From sequence record LC494302.1: a DNA stretch of 64,000 nt; one strand, written 5' to 3'. The translations under genes were made by a program, and so were the position numbers. Position 1 is the first letter of the stretch; every line of letters begins with the position of its first letter. The notes under the pieces are model-generated. The model saw only the letters and a list, made by a program, of their open reading frames with translations. It ran no database searches and was not told where the DNA came from. Below are positions 25,924 through 38,166 of this stretch, piece by piece.

Positions 25924-26889
25924 GTGAAAAAGCTTGATTTAAATACAATTGCCGAAGAAGTTCTGGATGAATGTTTTGCTAATGAAGAAGTCAACACACT
26001 AGAAGCCTTAGATTTCGTTGAAGATAAAGATGATAATGAAGGTAAAGTACAAAGCAGTTTCAAATATAATATTACACTTAAGCGACCACCAAATGTTTCC
26101 AATGAAGATCTAATTCGTGATATTCAAGCTGGTATCAATGTAAAGAAAAACACTGAACTGTTAGTTCGTTACAATTATGGACTGATTATTGATGTAGCAA
26201 GTAAATGTACTTGTTATATCCCATTTGAAGATAAGATTTCATATGGTGTTGAGGGGTTCATGAGAGCACTAAAAACCTTTGATCTTAATAAGAATGTTAA
26301 GTTCATTACCTATGCTTCTTCTAGTATTTACATGACAGTCTATAACGAAAGTTCTGACGCTAACTATATGGTACACTTCCCACGTTATATGAGTGTTCAT
26401 AAGATCAAAGTAAAAAGATTCTGCCAGGAATATATGCGTAAACATGGTGTTCGCCCAACACCTGAAATAATCTCAGAGGGTACTGGGATTGAGATTCAGC
26501 ATGTTAATAATTGTTTATTATTTCAAAGCGAATACACTTCACTGGATGCACCATTAGACGGTGTTACAGATGGTACATTAGGTGACATTATTCATTCACC
26601 TGCTTCTGATTTTAACCTCAATGTTGATAGTATCCGTGCACCTTTACGTTATGCTATCAATGAACTGACTAACGAATTGAGTACTAAAGAACGTGAGATT
26701 ATCCAGCGTGTTCATGGTCTAGGTGAATATGAACCTGAAACGCTTCGTGAGATTGCTGATAATGGTTTTGTTGATGATAATGGAAAATATGTTAAATCCC
26801 GTTCATCAATACACCGAAAGTACAGTGAAGCTATGCAAAAGCTTAAGAAGTTAGTACTTGCAAAAGGGTACGAATACGAAGATTTCTAA
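25924..26889 (+). CDS. RNA polymerase sigma70-family factor
   Basis: Region 2 GFMRALKTFDLNKNVKFITYA, region 3 TSLDAPL, region 4 LSTKEREIIQRVHGL...ETLREIA. Confidence 0.88.
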   Translation: MKKLDLNTIAEEVLDECFANEEVNTLEALDFVEDKDDNEGKVQSSFKYNITLKRPPNVSNEDLIRDIQAGINVKKNTELLVRYNYGLIIDVASKCTCYIPFEDKISYGVEGFMRALKTFDLNKNVKFITYASSSIYMTVYNESSDANYMVHFPRYMSVHKIKVKRFCQEYMRKHGVRPTPEIISEGTGIEIQHVNNCLLFQSEYTSLDAPLDGVTDGTLGDIIHSPASDFNLNVDSIRAPLRYAINELTNELSTKEREIIQRVHGLGEYEPETLREIADNGFVDDNGKYVKSRSSIHRKYSEAMQKLKKLVLAKGYEYEDF

Positions 26890-26894
26890 AGAAC

Positions 26895-26923
26895 AAGGGT
26901 TGGCTTATGCCAACCTTTTTTTT
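26895..26923 (+). terminator. Rho-independent terminator
   Basis: GGTTGGC-TTAT-GCCAACC plus T8. Confidence 0.85.
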
Positions 26924-26957
26924 ATGGGATGAAGTAAAAGTTTGTGATATAATTATC

Positions 26958-27430
26958 TTGTACAATTCTGTTGGCATGATATTCATGTACCTGATCCACT
27001 CGAAAACGTAGAGGGCAGTTGAGCAGTCCGACAGTGCGAACAGCAAAAGAAACCCGTTAGATGTGGGCATAGTTTGAACCCCTCACGGCAATGCGGCTGT
27101 ATAAAGAACCACGTTAGGATAGCTGGTGGTTCCTTGATAGACATATAAGGATAACACCTTACGAATTATCTAAGGGAGAGTTATCGAATTTTGTACAGGA
27201 AAGTTGCGTCCAAAATTTGAGTACTCACATTAAGTATTTGATTGCATAGATACTTAATGAAGATACACTATGTTTAAAAGTGTAGACCGTCATATGAAAC
27301 TGAAGTAGAGAGAAACAGGATGACCCGCTTTCGCACTCGTTATGAGTAATCTTCAATGCAATAGCTCTGATACCATCAGCGTCAAATTTCCCTCCTTGTG
27401 GGGGGAAGAAAAATCCCTTCCTCAAATCCC
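26958..27430 (+). ncRNA. putative ~470 nt highly structured non-coding RNA
   Basis: TGATATAAT just upstream, no + strand ORF, many stems, long-range AGTGCGAA(27033-40)/TTCGCACT(27330-37) pair. Confidence 0.6.
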
Positions 27431-27978
27431 GTCAATATTAAAAGTCCTTGACAGTTATTAATCATTCGCGTAGAATACGTAGTATTAGAAGCGAACAGAC
27501 ATCTCGAAGAGATGGATGATTAACCATTAAGGAATATCAAATGAATTCAGTAATCTTTTTAGTAGTCGCTTTCTCTGTTAATTCCGGTGTACAAATAACC
27601 CCAATGAATTCCATGAATCAATGCATAGCAGTACGTGATAGTACATACGAACAAGTAAACAAAGATATTTGGATTACAGTTAGTAAAGAACAAATGTGGT
27701 GTTACAATAGTAATACTAACACAAAGCTTATTGTAGGACAAACTCAATGAGTTATGGCGTTCGTTTTGAGATTCGTTCTATTGTCATCAATGCAGAGAAA
27801 CAAGTATCGTTGGATGGTGATATACGTGAAATTTATCTATCATGTATCCGTGCGAAATCTGAAGCAGATGCCTTAGTACAAATGTATAGTTTTAACTTTT
27901 CAAATGGATTCTATTTGGTACGAGTTATTGAAGTGAAAAAAGTACTTATTGGTTGTAGCATAGAAGGATTAATGTAAA

Positions 27979-28767
27979 ATGAGCACTATAGATGAACTGA
28001 TTCGACGGAATTCAAAATATTACCAACCATCAGAAATTGTAGGTAACATTACCAAATCAGAGTTTGGTCCAAATACTCGAAAACTCATTCATGTAATGTC
28101 ACGTGATGGCTTTAAATGTGATTGTTGCGGTGAATCTAATGTAGTATTCACTTTACACAAGCACAGTACTAAAGATCGTTATAAATTCAGACCTTATGTA
28201 CTTAAAGGGAAACGCCTTGTACGCATGACGTTAGACCATAATGTACTGGACTGTCTTCAGGGCGGTAATGATAAAGAGAACATGACTGCACTGTGTGAAG
28301 ATTGTAACGCATTACGCCAGCATAAGTTTGCTGAATACAGTGAGTTTAAACACTGGTATCATAACGCGGATCGTTCAATCGAGCCTGACGTTAACTACTG
28401 CTTCATTGAGTACATTAAGAATGCCAAAGATACATACATTCTTAAATCAATGTCACCTATTACCGTGTTTCCTGAGAACCTATTCACTACATTAAAGAAT
28501 AGTTTTATTGTAGGTGATATTGATGCATTCAAGTATTTTGACAAAGGTGCAAAACATTTTGAAATTCAATGTCTTAGTACTGCACTATGTGAACTCATTA
28601 AAATTTACATAAAAGAGTATTTGGGTATTGACAATGTACGTGTACCAGAGTATACTTTTTCTATTGAATTCGATTGTGAATCAATCAAAGAGTTTGGAAT
28701 TCTTTTCAATAAACAAATAGAACTTGCAATTCAAAACGAAATCAAGTACTATACTACTAACATTTAA
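27979..28767 (+). CDS. HNH endonuclease-domain protein
   Basis: FKCDCCG...TLDHNVLDCLQGGNDKENMTALCEDCNALR. Confidence 0.8.
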   Translation: MSTIDELIRRNSKYYQPSEIVGNITKSEFGPNTRKLIHVMSRDGFKCDCCGESNVVFTLHKHSTKDRYKFRPYVLKGKRLVRMTLDHNVLDCLQGGNDKENMTALCEDCNALRQHKFAEYSEFKHWYHNADRSIEPDVNYCFIEYIKNAKDTYILKSMSPITVFPENLFTTLKNSFIVGDIDAFKYFDKGAKHFEIQCLSTALCELIKIYIKEYLGIDNVRVPEYTFSIEFDCESIKEFGILFNKQIELAIQNEIKYYTTNI

Positions 28768-29272
28768 TCAGAGGAAATTATCATGCAAATTATCATTCTT
28801 ATCGTTGGCATCATGCTGGGTGTTTACGGTCACTCCTGGATGAACGAGAAGTTTCCTAATACGCGTCCTGAGTATTGCAGTTCTAATGTATTCCAGAATG
28901 GTGAGAAACCAAAGGAAAGCATTGGTAAAAAGCTGGATAAAGTACTTGATGTGATCAATGAATAAGGGCCATAAAATGTTTAAACCGAATTCCAATGTTG
29001 GTAAGAAAGTTCAATTACTTGAAGATGTATCCACCATGAGTGGAATTTTCCCAAGAGGTCACATCATGACTATTATTGCCGAAACATCCCGTGGGTGGGA
29101 TTTGGAAGATGCTGATGGTAATCGCATCCTTGAGGCTGGATTCTATGGTCATCGTGAATATAAAATCGTTGATTAAGGATACAACATGACTTTAGAGATT
29201 GTCTTTGGTATTGTTAGCTTAGTCGTCTGTGTGGGTTGGTTTGGGTATCTGATGATTTTTAGTGATTAATAC

Positions 29273-29300
29273 TTGACATAAGATATCAGTACTGTATAAT
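29273..29300 (+). promoter_or_regulatory. sigma70-type promoter with CAGTACTG
   Basis: TTGACA-taagatatcagtactg-TATAAT. Confidence 0.8.
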
Positions 29301-30051
29301 GTTTATATCAAACGAAATCCACTTTAACAAATGATAGGAAATATTATGTCTTTTTCTAAAGAAGAACGTGACCTTATTAAAAAAGCAATTTGGTTTTATG
29401 CTAATGAAGGGAAGTGCGATGAAGAAAAAGCACGTGAACTGTGTAATATTCTTGAGAAGAAACAAGAACTGAAAGTGTATCGTATCCGTGATTTGGATGA
29501 AGGGGATCGTATTGTCCTAGCTGAAACAAAAGAAGAAGCAGAACAAATCTTCACTGATAAAAACGAAAATCCACATTGGATGGAAGAAGTCTGTGATGTT
29601 AAAAAAGGTACTTATATCGATTGACAGTACTGAATAATAGCAGTATTATGTTTTATATAAAAGGGAATGCAGTGAAAGGAAAGACAGCATAATCGTACTC
29701 GTCACTGCGTTCCCGCCCTTTTAAATTAAATGAGGAATTAACTATGTTTCAAACTAACACTCAAGGTTTTGTAATCATCGATTTGAATCAAAACAGCGGT
29801 TATTGGATGAAACCTACTGACGCATGTATGCAGTTTGATTTTTTAGGTTACAGGATTAGTGTAAGTACTGGTGCTTCTGTACTGAGAGGTGGTTGTATCG
29901 TTGAACATCTGGTAACTGATCCAGAAGGTCGTGAGTATGAAATCGCAGGTTCAGTACAAGATGCCATTATGTTTGTATGTCAGCGTGAAATGAATGGTTC
30001 GAATTCAAATGCACTGACTCATGCTCTTTCTCAAGAAGTGGAGGTTCGTTA

Positions 30052-30297
30052 ATGAAATACATTGTAGCAGTACTCGTCGCATTTCTACTCACTGCATGTG
30101 ATGCTTCTACCAAAGAACGTACAAGTGATTTTGTTCTACCTGCTGAATTAAAAGAAGCAGGGTGTAAGATTTATCGTATGCAACAAGATGGTGCTGGTGC
30201 AACTTTATACACTGTGTACTGTCCTAATGCAAATACAAGTACTGGATACACTAGCGGTAAAACACGAATCAACACTTCCGTAATTCATGGAGAATAA
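30052..30297 (+). CDS. putative lipoprotein
   Basis: Signal peptide with lipobox LLTAC. Confidence 0.7.
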   Translation: MKYIVAVLVAFLLTACDASTKERTSDFVLPAELKEAGCKIYRMQQDGAGATLYTVYCPNANTSTGYTSGKTRINTSVIHGE

Positions 30298-30664
30298 CAA
30301 TGAGCCTTGATACAACACGTGCAGCAGATTTATTAACTCGTCTGAATGATGAAGAATATCTTGCTGAGATAAAGTACAAGCTTGACAAACTTGTTCGAAG
30401 TGCTGAAGTAATTGAAGTTGAAGGTCACTTACCGATGGATCAATACCATAGGTTCAAGGAAGATATGGTTTATTATCCTAATGAAATTTGGATTGAGTGG
30501 CAACATTGGACTAACAAAACTCTTCGCATTGAAGGGTATTGTGTGAAGTATGAAAGTTCACCTGGTGATGTTACAAAAACTCTATCAATTTGGTGTACAA
30601 AAACAAATGAACTCGTTGAGGTGAATTTGAATTATATGAATGGATTCCGTTGGGGTGATGTTAA

Positions 30665-30940
30665 ATGATTAAAAAACTCTTGACTGGAATCATTGTGTGC
30701 AGTACAATGTTTCTTACAGCATGTAATGATGACGGCAGGTTTAGTGCAAAAGACTTAGTTCGTCAGGATTGTACATTCACAGGTAAGTCTTTTATTAACG
30801 AGTATGAAATATGTACACAATCAGGTCGTATCTGTGGTGGTTGGGAAAAACGTCAGGAGCGATTGTATGTATATGAATGCCCTGGACATCACAACAAAGT
30901 ACTAAGCACACACAAACTTGTTTATGATAAGGTTGAATAA
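30665..30940 (+). CDS. putative lipoprotein
   Basis: Signal peptide with lipobox FLTAC. Confidence 0.7.
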   Translation: MIKKLLTGIIVCSTMFLTACNDDGRFSAKDLVRQDCTFTGKSFINEYEICTQSGRICGGWEKRQERLYVYECPGHHNKVLSTHKLVYDKVE

Positions 30941-31508
30941 TGACTACCAATGAAATGATGCAGGTTATTTGGGATAAAGGTTGTGATATTAAAATCACTA
31001 GTACTGATGTTCGTGTATTCAAAACTGAATATATGGAGTACTTGGACCTTGATACTTATAATAATATTGTATCAATTGAACACAAAGGTGCAGTACTGGA
31101 AACCATTGACGTAGTACTCAAGAAAGCTACCGACCTATTAGGAGTGGCAGTGTGAATAACAAAGAGTGGGAAGATTACCGCAAGAAGTGCAGGGAGTTTG
31201 ATAAAGAACTTACTGGTACAGTGAATGCAGTAATGTGGGTATCTGTAATTATTGCAGTTCTTGCGTTGGGTGCTATTATTATTAATAAATTATTCTAAGG
31301 CGAATATCATGTTTACTTTATATCTCGCAGTAGTTCTCACCAATGGTGAAATCACTCGTACTATTGGTGAAGGTGTATATAAAACACCAGACCAGTGCTA
31401 CTCTGCCACTCATTGGCCTCGCGATAGTGGGGATGAAACTCGCACTGAATTCAAATGCATGAAAGTAAAAGGTGATTTTGTTAACCTTAAGGTTATCGAG
31501 GCGAAATA

Positions 31509-32027
31509 ATGGATATTAATGAGTTGTTGAAATTAGTGTTTAATCGTGAACGCCGCGATACAAGACCAATTGAATATCAAGATGTGATACGCATTGAAAC
31601 TGATTTCTGTTATGGTAAAACAACTCATGACCTTTTGAATCTCTCTGGAAAACGCTATGCTGATGTTTGTTTTTCAGAGAGAAGTGATGGTTCAGAAATA
31701 ACGAGTACTGATATTGTTTGTTACGCACGCAGTGCTGATAAATCTTATGAAATAGAACTTATATATTCCCCTAGTTCTAAAACAAATCATCACCGCCATA
31801 TTTTATATGATGTTTATACACCACCTGGTATTGCTGAATATTTTGTTATTGATTATAGTACTGAAGAAAATGTGTTTCAACAAAGTTTGATTCATAACTT
31901 TGAGGTGAATGATCCATTAGTACCAAAGTTGTTCAAACTACTTGACACCATAGATGTTGATTTTGAATTTGTTATGTGCATTAGAACTTCTTTATTCAAT
32001 GAATTCATGGAACTTTTTAATATATGA
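31509..32027 (+). CDS. hypothetical protein, EExFFQxST-motif family
   Basis: motif STEENVFQQSLIHNF. Confidence 0.7.
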   Translation: MDINELLKLVFNRERRDTRPIEYQDVIRIETDFCYGKTTHDLLNLSGKRYADVCFSERSDGSEITSTDIVCYARSADKSYEIELIYSPSSKTNHHRHILYDVYTPPGIAEYFVIDYSTEENVFQQSLIHNFEVNDPLVPKLFKLLDTIDVDFEFVMCIRTSLFNEFMELFNI

Positions 32028-32783
32028 ATAGATACTATGTTGTGTATGAACACGTCTCTGAATTTAATAACATACGCGGGTTTTCCAGAGTAGTCACCAA
32101 GATGGATGTATTCATTCGTGCTCTTAGTGAAGTAGATGCACTGTTTAAATTGTTTGATGAAATTACAAAGTATAACACACCTAAAACACACCGCTATGTG
32201 GAAACTGTACATAGCATTATGCTAACTGAAAGTGATGAGGAATGATAAATGAATTTATATCTAGTTGAAGGTTTAGTACAAGTCTATAAACCAGAAGGTG
32301 AAGGTCAACGTTTTTCACACGTAGAAGAATTTAAGTACGTTGTACAGGCTGATGGTCAGTACGATGCGGAAATTCAAGTAGATGAATCATTCCGTAAGAA
32401 AAATGAAATTGGTAAATTTCAATACCAGAACTTACAATATAAAGTATGGCCTAGTATAAATGACTAAGATGTGGTGGTGTCATGGTGTATATAACGTGTA
32501 TGTAAATGGTAGATATAAAATGTCTAGTACCTATGCAAGACGTGTTAATGCGAACAACCAAGTTGATGCTGCTTGTGAGATCATTGAGTGGTATGCTGAG
32601 TTCAATGCACCTGACTATATGTACGAAATAGTTACAATAAATGTTGTACAAATCGATACATCTTTGATACAATAACCACATCAAAAAAAATTGCATCTGA
32701 GGATACTTATGTTAGTTAATCTTAATTTCATCACTTCACCTGACTGGGCATTACGTGGAGTTTCTTTAAACTTCAAGGAAACT

Positions 32784-33371
32784 ATGTTTGACTACATTGG
32801 TGAGTGTACATTGGTAAATGCAACTTTTGATCCAAATCATCCGTTTTGGGCTGAAATTCATGATCCAAATGTAAACAACAATACATCTGTTATGACTATT
32901 GTCCAGACTAAACATGCAGGTATCCTTGCAGGTTATCGACCTGCACATGCAATTGAACACTTCACTGATTACGATGTCGTGGATGAATACCCAATGATCC
33001 ATGAAGATGGAAGTCTATACACATCTGAAGACTTCCGTGCTATCTTTAATAGTACTGATGATATTCTACCAAGTGGACGTCCACGTCCTGAGTCTTATCT
33101 TATGCATCCATCTTATGGTGTAGCAGATACGCTTGAACAGATTATGAATAAGTACAAGAACCTAATTGAAGGTCCAGAAGAAATTGTCCTGTGCTATCAC
33201 CCAGTACTGAAGTCTGAACAACCAAAGGATGGTGGATGGCGTTGGCATAAGAATGGTGAGTATATCGGTACTAAACGAAGTAAAGAACGTTTTGAGTACT
33301 TGTGTGATGAGCCAGATGTTGATGTGGTTTTGTGTTATAATTTTATTAAGGTGAAAAAGAAATGTATCTAG
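32784..33371 (+). CDS. hypothetical protein
   Basis: AAGGA RBS before ATG 32784; C-terminal GWRWHKNGEYIG motif. Confidence 0.7.
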   Translation: MFDYIGECTLVNATFDPNHPFWAEIHDPNVNNNTSVMTIVQTKHAGILAGYRPAHAIEHFTDYDVVDEYPMIHEDGSLYTSEDFRAIFNSTDDILPSGRPRPESYLMHPSYGVADTLEQIMNKYKNLIEGPEEIVLCYHPVLKSEQPKDGGWRWHKNGEYIGTKRSKERFEYLCDEPDVDVVLCYNFIKVKKKCI

Positions 33372-33587
33372 TACTAAGTTTTGTTGTTGCACTATTGTTT
33401 ATGTTCTATCCTACACTAGTGGCATTAGCCACTAGACGAACGATGGTAGATCTCACTACTGTATTCTTGCTAAACGTGGCATTAGTACTGGTGTCTATTA
33501 TCATTCCAGTGAGCTTTACAGTTATTGATATTATTTCGGTATTACTCTTCGTGTTAAGTTATCTTATGCTTATTGAAGAAACAAATG

Positions 33588-33615
33588 TTGACAAACGTTC
33601 GTAGTACTGTATAAT
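33588..33615 (+). promoter_or_regulatory. sigma70-type promoter with AGTACTG
   Basis: TTGACA-aacgttcgtagtactg-TATAAT. Confidence 0.8.
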
Positions 33616-35355
33616 GGTTCCTGTAGTCTGAAACTTAACACTTAAACTTGAGGTAAAAAATATGCTATCAGTACTAATTTCAATTCCGTCTTTAATTCTG
33701 ATTTGGCTTCTGGTTTACGAATGCTTTATTACTGATGATAATGATAAAAAAGAGTTCTCTGAGTTGTTTATGCTTGATTCGCCGATTGTGCGTATTTTCT
33801 ATACAGTCGTTGTGGTTTCAGTAATTGTATGGGTTTTGAGTTTTATCTTCCCACTCGGTGCAGTAGTTAAAACTTTGGATTTAGTTGAGAACTTTGTTGC
33901 AATTATGTGGCTAATCAAAGCACTATTTGCAGGAAATGTTAAAATTTGGATTGATATTATCAAATTCAAGTTCACGAATAAGATGTAACAGTGAAAATAT
34001 CTCTATAGTATTAAATACTTCTGTACATATATATAGTACAGAAGTATTTCTCGTTAGAGGTTTGTTATGAAGAGTTATATAAAATTAATAGCACTTGTGT
34101 GTGCATTATTTTCATGTTTTAGTTATGGTGCAGCAGCAGAAACATATTGTCGTAGTACTAAGGGAACGTGGCATGTATTGACTAACGACCCTAGAAATGG
34201 TAAAAATATAGTTGTTGATGGTGTGATTTATCGTTTTAAAGTAGAAAGTATTATCGGTAATAAAAAAATCTCGACTTATAGAGATGATTCTGGTACATTA
34301 GCAAACGTAATATTAATTGTAGACCCAAGAACTGGTAATGGTGATATCTATATAGTAATTTACTTGGACTCATCGGTACGCCGTGACCTAGATATAGATA
34401 AATTGAACTTACACTGTGAAATATAGGACTTAAAAAAATGGTAAACACTATTTTACTTTTGTTGTTGAATATTCCAATTATTCTGTCTTTTTTAATTTCT
34501 ATTTTTATGGCAGGATATTGTTTAGTTGCAGTAATTCATTTCATTTTAACAAACAAATATGTCCTAATTTCTAAGCTTGATTCTATTTTTGCTTGCGATT
34601 CGATTGCTTATAACTTGTGGTTAATTTGTTCTTGCATTATGGGAGTAACTTTCCTTCTGTATGTATTTGATGTCCTTGACCAAAAGTTCGTATACATCAG
34701 TACTGGATTGGCTCTTTATCCTGCTACGTGGTACTTGATTTACGTTGGTGATATATGGTATAGTACTTATAAAGAATATCAGTACAAGAAATCACTTAAC
34801 GTTGGAGGAAAATAATCATGAAAATTATTTTATTTTTTGTATGTATGTTAATGTGTGGATTGTCATATGCTGAACCATTGGAAGGTTTAGTTTGTACAGA
34901 TGGTAATATTAAACATATCTATCAAGGTGATAGTGACGATCGAGATATTGTATATATTGATGGACAATCATATACGTTTGTTAAAGAGCATACAGTAGGC
35001 GACATTAGCTTCACTGAGTTTTCTAACGACACAGACCCTAACTTCTTAGCGTTTATTGAAGTAGATGTATATGAAGATAGTAATGGCACACAATATGCTA
35101 AATTAGTTATGATGCGTCGTGGTGCTAAAGAAACTAGTTTTGGTGGCTTGTGTAAATATAAGGATTGGTATTATGTTGATTTATCAAAGTGATAATATTC
35201 GTGTTATGCAGCATCCCTACTTACAAATCTTTGATGTGCAGCAGTATATGGAAGGTGATGACCCAAGAACCTATGGTCGTAAGTATGATTACTTCACTGT
35301 AAAGCAGTGTAAAAATATTAACGAAGTACGACAATTAGTTCAAGAACTTCAAAAC

Positions 35356-35390
35356 AAAGGTTGACTTCGGTCAGCCTTTTTTGTTATAAT
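35356..35390 (+). repeat. terminator-promoter repeat copy 1
   Basis: AAAGGTTGAC-TTCG-GTCAGCCTTTTTT; TTGACT in the stem, TATAAT 18 nt later. Confidence 0.85.
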
Positions 35391-35418
35391 TCTCTTAATA
35401 AATTAGAGGATTTTAATT

Positions 35419-35859
35419 ATGTATGTATATCGTTTTGAACTTAAATTTAGTTACATTGAACCTAACTTAGATCCTGCACGAACTGTAGGTCCGTTTGCAC
35501 GGTATTCAACCAGATACAGTACTAAAAATGGATTTGACCGTTTGCTTATGACTACACCTTCTCAATTCCAACCTGAACCAACTGAGGATGGGATCTATTC
35601 AATCAAAAGTGGATGGGTATTTGGCTGTCAAAGTTTGAAAGATTTGTTCAGATTCTTCACTATGGACTTGGGTAAATTGCATCGTGCTGGGTTTGCTATA
35701 TCTGTATATGAAGTTCCAGACCACCATGTAGACATTGGTCGTAATCAGGTTCAGTACTATTGCGGTAGTGCTAAATTAGTTCGTATCATGTCAGTTAAGG
35801 AAGCAAAGGATGAGTTCCGACAAAGTAAAAGAGAAACACATGAGGTAATATATGGATAA
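35419..35859 (+). CDS. hypothetical phage protein (weak ADP-ribosyltransferase-like pattern)
   Basis: VYRFE...FGCQS...NQVQY; only a loose R-S-Q/E arrangement. Confidence 0.4.
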   Translation: MYVYRFELKFSYIEPNLDPARTVGPFARYSTRYSTKNGFDRLLMTTPSQFQPEPTEDGIYSIKSGWVFGCQSLKDLFRFFTMDLGKLHRAGFAISVYEVPDHHVDIGRNQVQYYCGSAKLVRIMSVKEAKDEFRQSKRETHEVIYG

Positions 35860-36792
35860 AACTCAAATAGAATTAAAGAAATTTGTTTCATTCTATCTTC
35901 CTGATGACCCACGTAATTCACAAAAAGATATTGAATATTATAATATCCTATCTAAACAGTTAATGAGAAAGTTTCAACAGTGTTTAACTATATTCAATAC
36001 AGATGGAAGACGTAGATACCGAATCGTTTCAATGAATGATGAAAACGCAAATTTCTTTGATTACGATGTAGTTTTTAGAGCATATAATGATGATCGTATA
36101 AAATTAAATTATGATCAAATTATACTTGACCTGAATGTTATATGTGTTATAATCACTCACGTAGCCGAACTTAATGGTTTTAAAGAATGGTATTGAATAG
36201 AGGATAACATATGAAGCTTAAATTACAATATAATGGATTTACTTTACGTAATGATACTGAATTTATTAATCGTTCTCCTGGTGCTGAACTGTTTTTACGA
36301 GAGATGAACATTCCTTTCATCATTACTACAGTGGGCGACCGTGAAGTTCTACAATATGCAGAGCATCCGATTATTGATGTTCCTTGGTACTCTGAGCATA
36401 TGTACATGGATATGGCACGTCGCTACAACTGTAAGTTCGTAGTTGAAGGTGATAAAATTACAGTCGAATTTAAATAAGGTAAATTAAAAATGATCAGTAC
36501 TTCAGTTAATGAAAGCATCGTCGCTGACGTAGAAATGGTTAAAGAATGTGCAGATGAAACTCTTCGTGATATGTACATTAATGATTTAATTACTGAATAC
36601 GGTAGTCGTGGTGTACACGAATTTATTCGTTTAAGTGGAGAGTTGATGAAAAATCGAATTCGTATGAAGCTTAACGTACATCCAAAAGCATGGGCATTTA
36701 CATTAAAATACGCAGAAGATATTGTTAATTTGCGTCGAACTGAAGTATATGAACGTTTGCACAATGGTATGTTAGATAAATGATTGTAAAAT

Positions 36793-36818
36793 AGGAATTC
36801 TTAAATGAATTCCTTTTT
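36793..36818 (+). terminator. Rho-independent terminator
   Basis: AGGAATTC-TTAAAT-GAATTCCT-TTTT. Confidence 0.6.
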
Positions 36819-37040
36819 GTTTATAAGGTATAGTAATGAAATATATAGTACTTGTACTGATATTATTCAGTACTGTTGTAAGTGCTAAACAAAAAGAATA
36901 TGTTAAATGTATAAATTATGAAGAGAAATATGTTGAAACATATAAAAAAAGTATAATTAAAAACGTTTCGATTACTAACAGAGCAACAATCATTGTACTT
37001 AAAAATGGGTTAATTATGCTATATAAACCACACGTTAAAT

Positions 37041-37637
37041 GTGAAATTATTAATTGAGGAAATTATGAATCGTAAAGGTCGTTTTAAAGTATCAAAAAAG
37101 AACAAAAGTTCTAGGTTTAAACCTATTGTTTTAACAGTTAAATCTAACAAAGATTTAACTGCACTTAGTAAAAAGATAATTTCATCTAAGATTGAAGTAT
37201 CATACGTAAATTCATTAAAATATATGAATGTCAAACCACTGGACCAACTCATTTCACTTATATTTGAACGTAATGATTTTGAGATATCAGTAGATGATTA
37301 TAGAGCCTATAATGCTGGTTTCATTAATGTTACTTGTAATAAAAAACTAACTGAGTTGGAAAATTTGTCATGTATAATAAATCTAGATAAAGGTGTTGTG
37401 AAGTACCATTTTGTACATTTCACTAATATCAATAATGGAATGGGTGTACAATCCAGACCTATAGTGCCTACGTGTGATGTTACTAAATTAGCAAAGCTCA
37501 ATGATGAAGAATATTTTCAAGAAAGCATTGTAACTGAGCATTTAGATGATATAATAGCTACTTACAAAGAATGCATATGGGTGTTGAATGCTATAAAACC
37601 TAAATTGTGTTTAATGAATATTGTTCGTGATTTATGA
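37041..37637 (+). CDS. hypothetical protein, EExFFQxST-motif family
   Basis: motif LNDEEYFQESIVTEH. Confidence 0.65.
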   Translation: MKLLIEEIMNRKGRFKVSKKNKSSRFKPIVLTVKSNKDLTALSKKIISSKIEVSYVNSLKYMNVKPLDQLISLIFERNDFEISVDDYRAYNAGFINVTCNKKLTELENLSCIINLDKGVVKYHFVHFTNINNGMGVQSRPIVPTCDVTKLAKLNDEEYFQESIVTEHLDDIIATYKECIWVLNAIKPKLCLMNIVRDL

Positions 37638-38166
37638 ATGGGGAATCGTAATGAGTTGGGTAAATGTTAATAGTATTGAACTTAACGAACAAGATATTTT
37701 TGCATTTGTAAATTTAACTAATAACACAGTACTAAAAGGGCGTTTGTTCAGTGCTAGTGATGGGTACAAATGGATCTCTTTGATGGATGATAGTGGTGTG
37801 ATTTATAATGTAATGCAATTACCCCAATGGGTATATAGTAACACTGCTGACGATGTTCTTACCGCAGTTATGCGTGAGTTTGAAAAACTCCCAGGTGGTG
37901 ATATCAAAAACAAAGTTTTTAATGCAGAACGTAAAAATTATACAGCACAGCAGTTGGAATCCGTTGCCATTGCTGCTTATCAAGCTGCTATTAAGAAGCC
38001 AGAGTGCGTTATTCTTAAGTATGTACCAGACTTAAAACTTACGTTGGAAGACATGGATGCATTCATTTTTACATCTGAACTTGATCAGTACTAATTTAAC
38101 TTTGGGACAACCATTCTTATTATGATATAATGTTTTATGTCATTCGATATAAATGACAAACGGAAC

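Noticed and set aside
27010-27056. Resemblance to RNase P RNA (AGGGCAG...ACAGTGCGAACAG...AAACCC)
   Set aside because: The conserved GGAAAGUCC is not upstream and the 3' ACAGAA..CGGCUUA element is absent; short matches are plausible by chance. A cmscan would settle it.
27979-28767. HNH gene as part of an intron or a retron/IS200-like RNA-guided element with the 26958-27430 RNA
   Set aside because: No interrupted host gene, reverse transcriptase or element ends are visible, and two unrelated genes and a promoter separate it from the RNA. Not excluded without comparative data.
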